In this document: positions 8,511 through 17,485 of the stretch, piece after piece
How positions within the stretch are numbered: position 1 is the first letter of the stretch
Layout: every line of letters begins with the position of its first letter
Assembly (NCBI GenBank): GCA_038858525.1
Contig: JAWCFL010000002.1
Coordinates: 59,987 to 91,986, forward strand
Direction: 5' to 3'
Length of the DNA stretch: 32,000 bases
DNA from: Candidatus Jordarchaeales archaeon
GTDB taxonomy: Archaea; Asgardarchaeota; Jordiarchaeia; Jordiarchaeales; Freyrarchaeaceae
Program-made: the position numbers and the translations under genes
The notes under the pieces: model-generated
What the model saw: the letters and a program-made list of their open reading frames with translations, nothing else
Told to the model about the DNA's origin: nothing
The model's database searches: none

Positions 8511-10454
8511 TTGAGGAGCGAAGAGGAAGAAATCGACTGGAAAGCTGTAGGGTTTAAGGCTGGCTTAGAAATACATCAGGAGTTACTTACTACACGCAAG
8601 CTTTTCTGTCGTTGCCCTCCTAACCTCAGGAATGATCCGCCGCACTTTACTGTTAAGAGGTTTTTCCGCCCAGTTCTTGGGGAGATGGGGGAATTTGACC
8701 CTGCTATGCTGGCGGAGTACGAGAAAGGTAAGACCGTTATTTATGAGGGCTATTATGATACCACGTGCACATATGAGGTAGACGAAACGTACATGTAGCT
8801 TGCATGTACGCGTCAAACTCCGCCATTCGAGATATCTGATGAAGCCCTCGAGATAGGGCTGGAGCTGGTGTTGCTTCTGAAGGCTAATGTCGTTGATGAG
8901 CTTCATGTTTGTCGTAAGAATTACCTGGACGGCTCCGTCCCCTGCGGTTTCCAACGAACGCTGATTATAGGGCTAAATGGTAGCATACCGGTGAACGGGA
9001 AGGAGGTCCCGATAGAAACGATCTGTATAGAGGAGGATGCTGCACGCAAGATTAGAGAGGAGAGGAATACTGTTTATTACAGGCTTGACAGGCTTGGTAT
9101 ACCTCTGGTGGAGATAGTTACAGCGCCCTGCATAGAGACGCCGGAAGAGCTTATGGAGGCAGCCTTCAGAATAGGACTCCTACTTAGGAGCACGGGGAAG
9201 GTGAGGCGAGGCATTGGAACCATAAGGCAGGACGTGAATGTCAGCGTGAGGGACGGGGCACGAGTTGAAATTAAGGGCGTGCAGAAGCTGGAGTGGCTTC
9301 CGAAGCTAGCTAGAAACGAGGTTATACGGCAGCTTTCCCTTATCAGAATAAAGGATGAGCTTGCACGTAGAGGCGTTAGGGAGGAGGATTTGAAGCTGGA
9401 CGTTAAGGACGTGACGGAAGTGTTTAGGAAAACGCGTAGTAGATTACTCAAGCAGAGAGGAGATGAAAGGGTTTTGGCGGTTCGTCTTCCGAAGTTTTCA
9501 GGCATACTCGGAATTGAAGTTCAGCCGGGTAAGCGTTTCGGTAAGGAGATCGCTGAAAAAGTACATGCCGTTACTGGTTTGGCAGGTATAATTCATTCTG
9601 ACGAGAACCTTGAGGAGTATGGGATAAGCGCTGAAGAAATAAGTGAGCTACGCTTGACTTTGGGAGTTAACGAGGGAGACGCTTTTGTGCTCGTAAAAGC
9701 ACCTAGGGAGACTGGAGAAAGAGCTCTAGAGATCGTAGTTGAGAGGGCGCGCCAGTCTTTGAGGGGGGTGCCGAACGAGACGAGGCGTGCCTTGGAGAAT
9801 GGAAACAGCGAGTTTCTCAGGGAGCTTCATGGAGGGGCACGCCTTTATCCTGATACTGATACGCCTCCGATAAGGCTTAACCCAGAATTGATAGATAGCG
9901 TTGCGAGGAAGCTTCCAGAGTACCCATGGAACATTAAAGATAAACTTGTTAAAGAGTACGGCATAAGTGAGGAGTTCGCTGAAAAGCTCATCCTTGAGGG
10001 AAAGGTTTTCCTCTTCAGAGAGATCGTCGATGAGTACAGAGTTGACCCAGTCTTTGTTGCTTCTGTTCTTCTGCAAACTCTTAAGGCCTTGGAAAGGGAA
10101 GGAGTAAAAGTAGAAGAGGTTACGGAGGAGGAGCTTAAGGAAGTTTTTAGGCAACTTTCAGAGAACAGGATAGCTAAGGAGGCTATAGAGCCTTTAATCG
10201 CTAAGCTTGCGGAGAAACGTATTAGCGTAGAGGAGGCTTTGAAGGAGCTGGGCATAAGTCCTCTCTCCGAGAGAGAGCTAGAGGAGCTGGTGGGCAGTAT
10301 TGTGAGCGAAAACATAGACATTGTTAAGGAGAGAGGTGAGAGGGCTTTTAGCCCTTTGATGGGTATGATCATGAAGCAGGTGAGAGGAAGAATAGATGGG
10401 AGCAAGGTGGCTGAAGTCCTTAAAAGGAAAATTAGAGAGGGGGCCGGCGGATGA
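8511..10454 (+). CDS. gatE: Glu-tRNA(Gln) amidotransferase subunit E, interrupted by a 30-nt candidate intron
   Basis: GFKAGLEIHQ, KLFCRCP, GFQRT, LDRLGIPLVEI, GIGTIRQDVNVS, GGARLYPDTD. ORFs 8463-8798 and 8868-10454 share a frame and are split by TAG 8796 inside the insert. Spliced length 637 aa from TTG 8511 (SD GAGGTGA 8499-8505). Confidence 0.95.
8787..8816 (+). other. Candidate bulge-helix-bulge (archaeal-type) mRNA intron in gatE
   Basis: GACG(8781-84) AAA(8785-87) CGTACATG(8788-95) TAGCTTG CATGTACG(8803-10) CGTC(8811-14) AAA(8815-17): 4-bp central helix, two 3-nt bulges, 8-10 bp intron stem. Cuts after nt 2 of each bulge give GAC GAA ACT CCG CCA (DETPP). Confidence 0.85.
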
Positions 10455-11809
10455 GTGGCGATGACCAGTTAAAAGGCTATCATGGGTTTGCGAGGAAAAA
10501 ATTAGAGGGTGCAGGAGTAAAAATCTGGAGTATCGTGAGAATAATTAATCCTGACGCTACCTATGAGGGGATTCTTCTTCCGAGAAGCGAGCTCGGAGAC
10601 GAGGAACATGTGGTGTTAAAGCTTAAGACAGGGTACAACGTAGGCGTGAAAATTACGGAGGAAACAGTAATCGAGGAGGTTGGATATAGCCCAGGACATT
10701 ATGCTTTGCCTGAAAGAAAAGTAGAGTTTAAGCCGGGGAAGCCGCTTGTATCCCTGATAGGAACAGGTGGGACTGTTGCTAGCAGGCTGGACTATAGGAC
10801 TGGAGCAGTTATACCTGCCTTCACACCACAGGAGCTTTTCAGCGCCGTTCCAGAACTCGAGGAGATATGTAACCTCGAAACAGTCTCTCTCTTCGAAATT
10901 TTCTCTGAGGACATGCAACCAGAGTACTGGGTGCAGATAGCTAAAAAAGTGGCGGAGGAAATCAATAGAGGAGTCGACGGCGTAATAGTTGCCCATGGAA
11001 CAGACACTATGCACTTCACCTCAGCGGCTCTATCATTTATGCTTAAGGACCTCACTGTTCCCGTAGTCTTGGTTGGCAGCCAAAGAAGCAGTGATAGGCC
11101 TTCAAGCGACGCCGCAATAAACCTGATCTCGTCCGCGATTGTAGCTTCAAGAAGTGACATAGCTGAGGTTGTTGTGTGCATGCATGGAAGCAGTAGTGAC
11201 GACTATAACTTGATCCATAGAGGAACGAGAGTCAGAAAAATGCACACAAGCAGGAGAGACGCCTTCAGAACAATCGGGGACATACCTTTGGGCGTCGTCG
11301 CTAACGGAAAAATACGAATGTTGAGAAACGACTACAAACGTAGAAGTGATCATGGAAAGGTGACGGTAGACTCAAAAATAGACCCAAAAGTGGTTTTACT
11401 CTACACTTACCCGGGAATGCAACCCGACATCATAGAACACATCGTGAAGACAGGTTACCATGGAATAGTTCTTGCAGGTACAGGACTCGGGCATTGCCCC
11501 AAAACGATAATACCACAGATTGAAAGAGCAGTAAAAGATGGAATTGCTGTCGCCATGACGTCGCAATGCCTTTACGGGTTCGTGGGAATGAACGTCTACG
11601 AGAGAGGACGCGACTTACTCAAAATAGGCGTCATACCATGCGGCAACATGCTGCCGGAGACAGCATACGTAAAACTAGTCTACGTTCTAGGTCATACCAG
11701 AGACGCTGATGAGGTAAGGGAGATGATGACAAGTAACATGTGCGGGGAAATAACAAGTGGGGAGCCATATAACGCGTACCTGATCCTTCAGGGAGTAGAG
11801 GAATCATAA
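10451..11809 (+). CDS. gatD: Glu-tRNA(Gln) amidotransferase subunit D (asparaginase-like)
   Basis: KLKTGYNVG, TGGTVASRLDYRTGAV, HGTDTMHFT, GSQRSSDRPSSDA, RKMHTSRRDAF; ATGA overlap with gatE stop. Confidence 0.97.
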   Translation: MSGDDQLKGYHGFARKKLEGAGVKIWSIVRIINPDATYEGILLPRSELGDEEHVVLKLKTGYNVGVKITEETVIEEVGYSPGHYALPERKVEFKPGKPLVSLIGTGGTVASRLDYRTGAVIPAFTPQELFSAVPELEEICNLETVSLFEIFSEDMQPEYWVQIAKKVAEEINRGVDGVIVAHGTDTMHFTSAALSFMLKDLTVPVVLVGSQRSSDRPSSDAAINLISSAIVASRSDIAEVVVCMHGSSSDDYNLIHRGTRVRKMHTSRRDAFRTIGDIPLGVVANGKIRMLRNDYKRRSDHGKVTVDSKIDPKVVLLYTYPGMQPDIIEHIVKTGYHGIVLAGTGLGHCPKTIIPQIERAVKDGIAVAMTSQCLYGFVGMNVYERGRDLLKIGVIPCGNMLPETAYVKLVYVLGHTRDADEVREMMTSNMCGEITSGEPYNAYLILQGVEES

Positions 11810-12748
11810 TTACTCTAGGAACTCAACGTCGTCCACAATGCCGTCTCCATCTAGGTCGTAACCTATGATTACACGTGCAGGTATTGATGGATCAAAGGAG
11901 TTATTTTTTGCGACTTCATCTATGTGTTTCGTTACAGCTAGTATCGCTGCTCTGGTTCCCTGAAACCTTTTCCCGGCTAGAACCAGTACTCTTGATTGAG
12001 GGTTAAACGGATTGATTGACTTCACGACTATCCCGCATTCGTCTTCATAATAAGTGCGCCCGGTTATTGATGAAAAGATCCTGTTTTGCTCTTTCAACTC
12101 GAATCTTAGAGGTAGATTATCATTTATTCTGTTTGCAACCATGTTCGTTACGGGTCCTCCGACTATTATCATGTTTCCTTTAAGGTCATCTTCACGTACC
12201 TCAGTGTCCAGTTTTACGATTCCGACACCAAACCTGCCGGAGACGCTCCCGAGGAAAACTCCTAACTCCACCGCATAGTGAGCATCTCGGGATTGAGCTC
12301 TGTAAGGGCCGTGAACGTCAGGGCTGCCTACGATTATCTTAGAGTTGAGTTCACCGTTCTCAATGAAGGGAGTAAGAAAACTCGTGACTGCTTCACTAAG
12401 GCTCAACATCTGAGGAGGTTTAACGTTTAAGCCCGTTTCGCTGAAAACCAGGGAGACCGACTTAAAGCTGGCGGAATAATACTTTGCTACCGCTCCCTTG
12501 ACCTCTTCTTTCCTGCTTACATAGACTAAACCCGCCTTTTTTAGGGCATCTAAATGGTAGTATACTACTTGTTTGTTCATTTTGAGCTTTTCAGCCAGTT
12601 TTTTAGGGTATGTTGGCTCCTCCGCCAACGCCGTGAGTATACGTATCCTATCTCTTGTGAAAAGCTTGCCTAAAATCTCGTTTGTCTTTATCACTCGGGT
12701 CGGTATAGCGGAGTAGTTTCCGTCTTTCTCGATGAGCACCCAGTTCAC
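11810..12748 (-). CDS. ArsR-like wHTH transcriptional regulator with uncharacterised C-terminal domain
   Basis: GTG at 12748 on the minus strand; RIRILTALAEEPTYPKKLAEKLKMNKQVVYYHLDALKKAGLV is an HTH; C-terminal IIVGGPVTN motif. Confidence 0.75.
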   Translation of the reverse strand: MNWVLIEKDGNYSAIPTRVIKTNEILGKLFTRDRIRILTALAEEPTYPKKLAEKLKMNKQVVYYHLDALKKAGLVYVSRKEEVKGAVAKYYSASFKSVSLVFSETGLNVKPPQMLSLSEAVTSFLTPFIENGELNSKIIVGSPDVHGPYRAQSRDAHYAVELGVFLGSVSGRFGVGIVKLDTEVREDDLKGNMIIVGGPVTNMVANRINDNLPLRFELKEQNRIFSSITGRTYYEDECGIVVKSINPFNPQSRVLVLAGKRFQGTRAAILAVTKHIDEVAKNNSFDPSIPARVIIGYDLDGDGIVDDVEFLE

Positions 12749-12989
12749 AAAACCACCTCAACAAAGAAATGAACAATATAAAAAAGTTTAAAATGGTTTC
12801 GGAAGTAAAAACTTTTTTTGGAACGATAAAGCAACAAAGAAAAAATAAAAACAGATTAATTAAAAATCAGCTTTAAAAAATGATTGAAAAACAAAAATGA
12901 AGTTTAAAAAAAGGAAAAACCCAAAGCATGCAACTAACTCTTGTTACACTATTTTAATTTTCTTTTAAATAAAAGTTTTTATGAAGTTC

Positions 12990-13019
12990 TTATAAATCTT
13001 CTAAGAACAAAACTTAGAA
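12990..13019 (+). promoter_or_regulatory. TATA-like box plus inverted repeat upstream of glmS
   Basis: TTATAAAT at 12990-12997, followed by TTCTAAG-N7-CTTAGAA (12999-13019) in an AT-rich divergent intergenic region. Confidence 0.45.
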
Positions 13020-13055
13020 TTCATCTTATCTATCCCCTTCGGAGGCTGATCCCCC

Positions 13056-14873
13056 TTGTGTGGTGTTATAGGTATAGCTCATAGGAGTAGGCCTGTTGCT
13101 CCCCTCATAGTTGACTCGTTAAAACGGCTTGAGTATAGGGGATACGACTCCGTGGGGGTTGCAACACTTCACAATGGAACTATATTTATCGGGAAGGACA
13201 TGGGCAAAATAGACGAAGTTGATGCGAAGCTAAACCTTAAGGGGTTGCCCGGTCTTATCGGAGTAGGACATACTCGATGGGCAACTCATGGTTCGCCCTC
13301 CAGGGAAAATGCACATCCTCACGTAGATTGCAAGGGTATTTTAGCGCTTGCCCATAACGGCATAATTGAGAACTTCTTGGAGTTAAAGGATTGTCTAAGT
13401 AGGGGACATCGTTTTACCTCGGAGACCGACACTGAAGTCATTCCGCACCTAGTTGAGGAGCTATTTAAAGAAGAAGAAGATATCATATTAGCATTTAGGA
13501 ATGCTGTTAAGTTGCTTGAGGGAACATATGCCATAGTAGCTCTCTCCCCCCTACTCCCTGAAGGGTTACTATGCGCCAAGAATGGTAGCCCTCTTCTTAT
13601 AGGTTTAGATGATGGGGCTGCTTACTGTGCTTCCGATGTTACCGCTTTTCTCCCCTTTACCAATAAAGCCATTATTTTGGAAGACGGCTGTATAGCAATG
13701 GCAGGAAAAGGAGAGATACTCGTAGAAAGAGTTTCGGATGAGGTTATCGTGAAGCCTGAAATGATAGAAATTCCTTGGACAATAGAGATGGCGTGTAAGG
13801 GAGGCTACCCTCACCACATGATTAAGGAGATCCACGAGCAGCCTCAAGCGCTAAGGGAAACGCTGACCTTGAATATGCGGGAGCTTGATGAAGCTGTAAG
13901 AGTGATTGGTGAAGCCAGCCACGTATACTTGACTGGTGCTGGAACATCTAATCACGCCGCGATCGCGGGAAAGTACATGATGGCGCGCTTAGCATCTAAA
14001 ATGACGCACCCTGTCTTAGCGTCAGAGTTCCGCGAAGTTCTTCAAGATTTGCTGTCTGATGACTCTGTAGTTATAGCGATTACTCAATCGGGCGAAACGG
14101 CGGATACTCTTGATGCTGCCAGATACGCTAAATCTATGAATGCCAAGGTCATCGCTATAACGAACGTTGTGGGTAGCTCTGTAACGAGGGCTGCAGACGC
14201 CGTCCTTTACACTAGAGCTGGACCGGAAGTAGGAGTTGCAGCCACTAAAACGTTTCTTTCACAACTCGCATTACTGGCTCTCCTAGCGCTTAGGCTCGGA
14301 GAGCTAAACGACACTTTAAGTGGCGAGGAGCTTGAATGCATAAAACGAAAACTCTACGAAGCACCGAAGCTGGTTTCCGAAGCGATAAGGTTAACGGAAG
14401 AAAAAGCTAGGCTCCTCGCCAAGAAATACTCTACTAAAAAAAGTTTCTTCTTTTTGGGTAGGGGGGTGAGCGTAGCAACAGCTATGGAGGGAGCCCTTAA
14501 GCTTAAGGAGGTATCCTATGTTCACGCTGAAGCTTACCCGGCGGGGGAGTCGAAGCATGGACCAATAGCTCTAGTTAAGAGGGGATTCCCAGTGATCTTC
14601 GTGGCGCCTCCAGATGAGACGAAGAATAAAATTATAGGTAATATAATGGAGATGAAAGCTAGGGGTGCAAGCGTCATAAGTTTAACTCAGGAAGGAGAAA
14701 AGGAAGTCGAACAATTGTCGGATGATGTTTTAATTCTCCCCGCCACACCAACTCCTTTAACGCCAATAACGTACACTGTCCCCCTCCAACTATTTGCTTA
14801 CTATATGGCTGTGGAAAGAGGAGCAGACCCTGATAAACCACGCAACCTGGCTAAGAGCGTAACGGTGCACTAG
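13056..14873 (+). CDS. glmS: Glutamine-fructose-6-phosphate transaminase (isomerizing)
   Basis: N-terminal MCG nucleophile, RLEYRGYDS, GHTRWATHG, HNGIIENF, SQSGETADT-like TQSGETADT, ALKLKEVSY, KPRNLAKSVTV. Confidence 0.97.
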   Translation: MCGVIGIAHRSRPVAPLIVDSLKRLEYRGYDSVGVATLHNGTIFIGKDMGKIDEVDAKLNLKGLPGLIGVGHTRWATHGSPSRENAHPHVDCKGILALAHNGIIENFLELKDCLSRGHRFTSETDTEVIPHLVEELFKEEEDIILAFRNAVKLLEGTYAIVALSPLLPEGLLCAKNGSPLLIGLDDGAAYCASDVTAFLPFTNKAIILEDGCIAMAGKGEILVERVSDEVIVKPEMIEIPWTIEMACKGGYPHHMIKEIHEQPQALRETLTLNMRELDEAVRVIGEASHVYLTGAGTSNHAAIAGKYMMARLASKMTHPVLASEFREVLQDLLSDDSVVIAITQSGETADTLDAARYAKSMNAKVIAITNVVGSSVTRAADAVLYTRAGPEVGVAATKTFLSQLALLALLALRLGELNDTLSGEELECIKRKLYEAPKLVSEAIRLTEEKARLLAKKYSTKKSFFFLGRGVSVATAMEGALKLKEVSYVHAEAYPAGESKHGPIALVKRGFPVIFVAPPDETKNKIIGNIMEMKARGASVISLTQEGEKEVEQLSDDVLILPATPTPLTPITYTVPLQLFAYYMAVERGADPDKPRNLAKSVTVH

Positions 14874-15172
14874 ACACCGTTAAAAAGTAGCTTCAAAAAA
14901 TAGGTTTATAGACGGGCGTTGAGGTGAAGGTCGGGCTCAGGTTGAGAACGATTAATATTTGGATCAATTGCTCCTGCGCACGTGGCCTGCACGAGAATGA
15001 GAAGTTGGGAAGTTTGGCCTAGTGAAGTTATGGTTGACGTAAGCTACTTATAAGTCGAGGAGCGGACGAGTTTGCGGTATAAATGTAATAAAAAAGCTTG
15101 GTGGGTTTTTGAATTTCTTGATGCTTCCTAATATAAGCTGTAAACTCTAAAAACACTCAGCTTCTTTGCAAC

Positions 15173-15805
15173 TTACTCAAATACTGCAGAGACATTTTCG
15201 CCATTTAACTCTATGAGACCCATCGACCTTAGCTCGGAAAGTATTGTTTTCAGCTGAACAACGGCTAAGCCGAGACTCTTGCTCAACTCGTTAATACTAC
15301 GCTTTCCCGACTCTTGAAGGATCAAGAACACTCTGAATCTCAAGTCTCTTTCCAGTATTCCCTTAAGTCTCTCCTCCCTTTTTTTAACAAACTTTAATTC
15401 CTCCTCTAATTTTTTGATCTCTGTGTCCTTTTCGGCAATAACTAATTCAAACTTCTTAAGCTCCTCTGCTTTGCGTCGTAGCTCTTCCACCCTTTTTTCG
15501 TCCCATTGGCTTAACTCCTTAAGCTTCGCATCTAGTGCTCTAACCTTCTCTTCTAGACGCCTAATAGCATCGTTCTTTTCATCTATTTCCCTTATTTTTT
15601 CTGAAAGCTGCTTTACTAGTTCCTCTCCTCTTCTAAGAGCGTCCTCCTTCGCTTTACGCTCCATGTTAAGAGCTTCCTCCAACGCCCTCAACATGTTTTC
15701 TTTCTTTTCTAATTCCTCGTTTTTCCGATTCAAACTTTCCGTTAAATCTTGAACCTGTCTTTCTAATTTCTCAAGAACTTTTTTCTGAGATTCCGTGAGA
15801 GACAT
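15173..15805 (-). CDS. Coiled-coil protein with C-terminal winged-helix domain
   Basis: About 140 aa of E/K/L heptads, then FRVFLILQESGKRSINELSKSLGLAVVQLKTILSELRSMGLIEL; ATG 15805 after AGGAGAGG. Confidence 0.7.
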   Translation of the reverse strand: MSLTESQKKVLEKLERQVQDLTESLNRKNEELEKKENMLRALEEALNMERKAKEDALRRGEELVKQLSEKIREIDEKNDAIRRLEEKVRALDAKLKELSQWDEKRVEELRRKAEELKKFELVIAEKDTEIKKLEEELKFVKKREERLKGILERDLRFRVFLILQESGKRSINELSKSLGLAVVQLKTILSELRSMGLIELNGENVSAVFE

Positions 15806-16057
15806 TACTGTTCCTCTCCTACTATAATCCGACAAACTACGTCTATTTCATTCTTAATTTTTAACATTATTATTTTTTATTTCACTTTATAATACGACTT
15901 CGTGCTTTCTTTTTTCATGAAATAGTTATATAAATTATTCAAGAAATATTATTATAAGTTTTCTTTTCTTTTACATTTATATTCCTCCAATGAGAGACAT
16001 ATTATGAACACGTTTTCGTCAAAATATTCCCCCTTTTGGAGGTAGGAGGAGTCCTCC

Positions 16058-16981
16058 GTGGTCTGCATAGCGTTCCCTTGTTCATACCTTAATCTAAAAA
16101 ACAAGTCTTCCGTGGTAGTATGTGATGACGACATGACTATTAAGTGGAGTTCACCGGGAGACATTGAAAACTATAATATTCAATGGGATGTGCGGATAAC
16201 TGGAAAGAAGATGAAGGTTCAAATAGATGCCTCCAAGAGAGCTACAGACATCAGGTTCCTTTACCTAGGCCTCTCAGAAGTTTTCGCGTCATTGATGCCG
16301 TTGATAAATAACTTATCTCAGAAGTGTGGGGACACGAAGTTTAGCTTCCTTTGTAATTACTCAAATCTTAGGAAGTTCCTTAACGAATTAAAAATGCTGT
16401 CTTACGCTATGCTTCTGTGTGGGGGGGAAAACCCGCGATTCGAGAAAAACCCCCGACTAAACGTTGAAGTAGTAAATGAGCTCGTTGGGAGAGATTTAGC
16501 GAAGGTCAAGTCTAAAAAACGCCTACCTCTACTAGTTAAGGTGTGGAAGGAAAGGATCAACCTTCTCGTGGAACTCTTTTCAAAAAACATGAACCTTTTG
16601 TTTCTCGAATACTATTTGGATGGTAAACTGACGGAATACCCTCCCCAATGGCTGGAAGAAATAGTCAACGTAGTGAGGGAGGCAAGAAGCTTAGGCTTTA
16701 AGGTTCTTTTTCCCTTGAAAGAAAGAAACATTTATGAAATGTTAAAGCAATCCTTCTCAGAAGTAATCTTAGTAGAGCAGCAAAGCCTAAGGTTCTACGA
16801 GTCGCTTCTTGAAATAGCATGTGAAAGACCGCAGACCTGTTACTCCCTCTTCGAAATTGTAGGTTACCTTCACGGGAATCCATCTCCTACATATACAGAC
16901 GGCACACAAAGGTTCCTAGAGGAACTTGTATCCTGTGGGCTCCTCAGGAAGGTGGAAGGAAAATACTTAATAGAATACTGA
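16058..16981 (+). CDS. Hypothetical protein, possible C-terminal winged helix
   Basis: 307-codon open frame; SD GGAGG 8 nt before GTG; C-terminus FLEELVSCGLLRKVEGKY resembles a wHTH wing; no family recognised; start uncertain. Confidence 0.6.
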   Translation: MVCIAFPCSYLNLKNKSSVVVCDDDMTIKWSSPGDIENYNIQWDVRITGKKMKVQIDASKRATDIRFLYLGLSEVFASLMPLINNLSQKCGDTKFSFLCNYSNLRKFLNELKMLSYAMLLCGGENPRFEKNPRLNVEVVNELVGRDLAKVKSKKRLPLLVKVWKERINLLVELFSKNMNLLFLEYYLDGKLTEYPPQWLEEIVNVVREARSLGFKVLFPLKERNIYEMLKQSFSEVILVEQQSLRFYESLLEIACERPQTCYSLFEIVGYLHGNPSPTYTDGTQRFLEELVSCGLLRKVEGKYLIEY

Positions 16982-17114
16982 AAATTTAAGAAGTAATGTT
17001 TCGGGATTTTTATCGGCCATCTATATACGCTAAGGCTTTTAGAAAGGCTTATTTTTGTTTTCCCACAAAAAATAAATTTGGCAGGAATGTTGCTTTCAGA
17101 ATTATGAAGGGAAC

Positions 17115-17480
17115 ATGGTGGTTTCTATGGGGGAGTCAACTGAAGAGATCATAGCATCGATTATGGATAAAATACCTGAAATTGAGGGTATAATACTGTT
17201 TGATGCTGATGGAAACGCTATAGTGAGCCAAACGATTACACAGATGCGGCATGCGGAAATAGCTAAGAGCGCGGCGGCCATGATTGATGTCGCTAGAAAA
17301 CTCAGTCAATCAGTTGATAAGGGAGACGCATCGGTTACCTATGTGGAAAGTGAGGGAGGATTTACCGTCGTCGCTTTCGCTGGGAAGAAAGGACTCTTGG
17401 CCATAACGGGAAAAGATGCTACAAATTCCTTAGGGCTCATAATGAGAAACCTAAAACTGGTGCTTTCAAAAATAAAATGA
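17115..17480 (+). CDS. Roadblock/LC7 (LAMTOR2/MglB-like) domain protein
   Basis: About 120 aa with IPEIEGIILFDADGNAIVS, AAAMIDVARKL and LGLIMRNLK, matching the roadblock alpha-beta pattern; ATG 17127 is an alternative start. Confidence 0.8.
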   Translation: MVVSMGESTEEIIASIMDKIPEIEGIILFDADGNAIVSQTITQMRHAEIAKSAAAMIDVARKLSQSVDKGDASVTYVESEGGFTVVAFAGKKGLLAITGKDATNSLGLIMRNLKLVLSKIK

Positions 17481-17485
17481 ATCTT

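Noticed and set aside
8796-8798. Pyrrolysine/amber readthrough of the gatE TAG
   Set aside because: Readthrough would leave 10 extra residues inside the conserved DE(T/E)PP motif, whereas BHB excision removes them exactly; no pyl genes are in the window
8785-8818. Transposon/MITE footprint (AAAC direct repeat flanking a hairpin) inactivating gatE
   Set aside because: The repeat also follows from two identical bulges. A footprint does not explain the 4-bp GACG/CGTC exon-intron helix at BHB spacing, and gatE shows no other decay. It remains possible as the origin of the intron
12750-13000. Replication origin in the AT-rich spacer
   Set aside because: No ORB-like repeats with G-strings and no cdc6/orc1 nearby; divergent promoters explain it
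16038-16060. Second BHB intron removing TAG 16043
   Set aside because: The best BHB-like fold (GGAG/CTCC with GTA and GTG bulges) would excise 16 nt and lead to a stop, so it does not restore a frame
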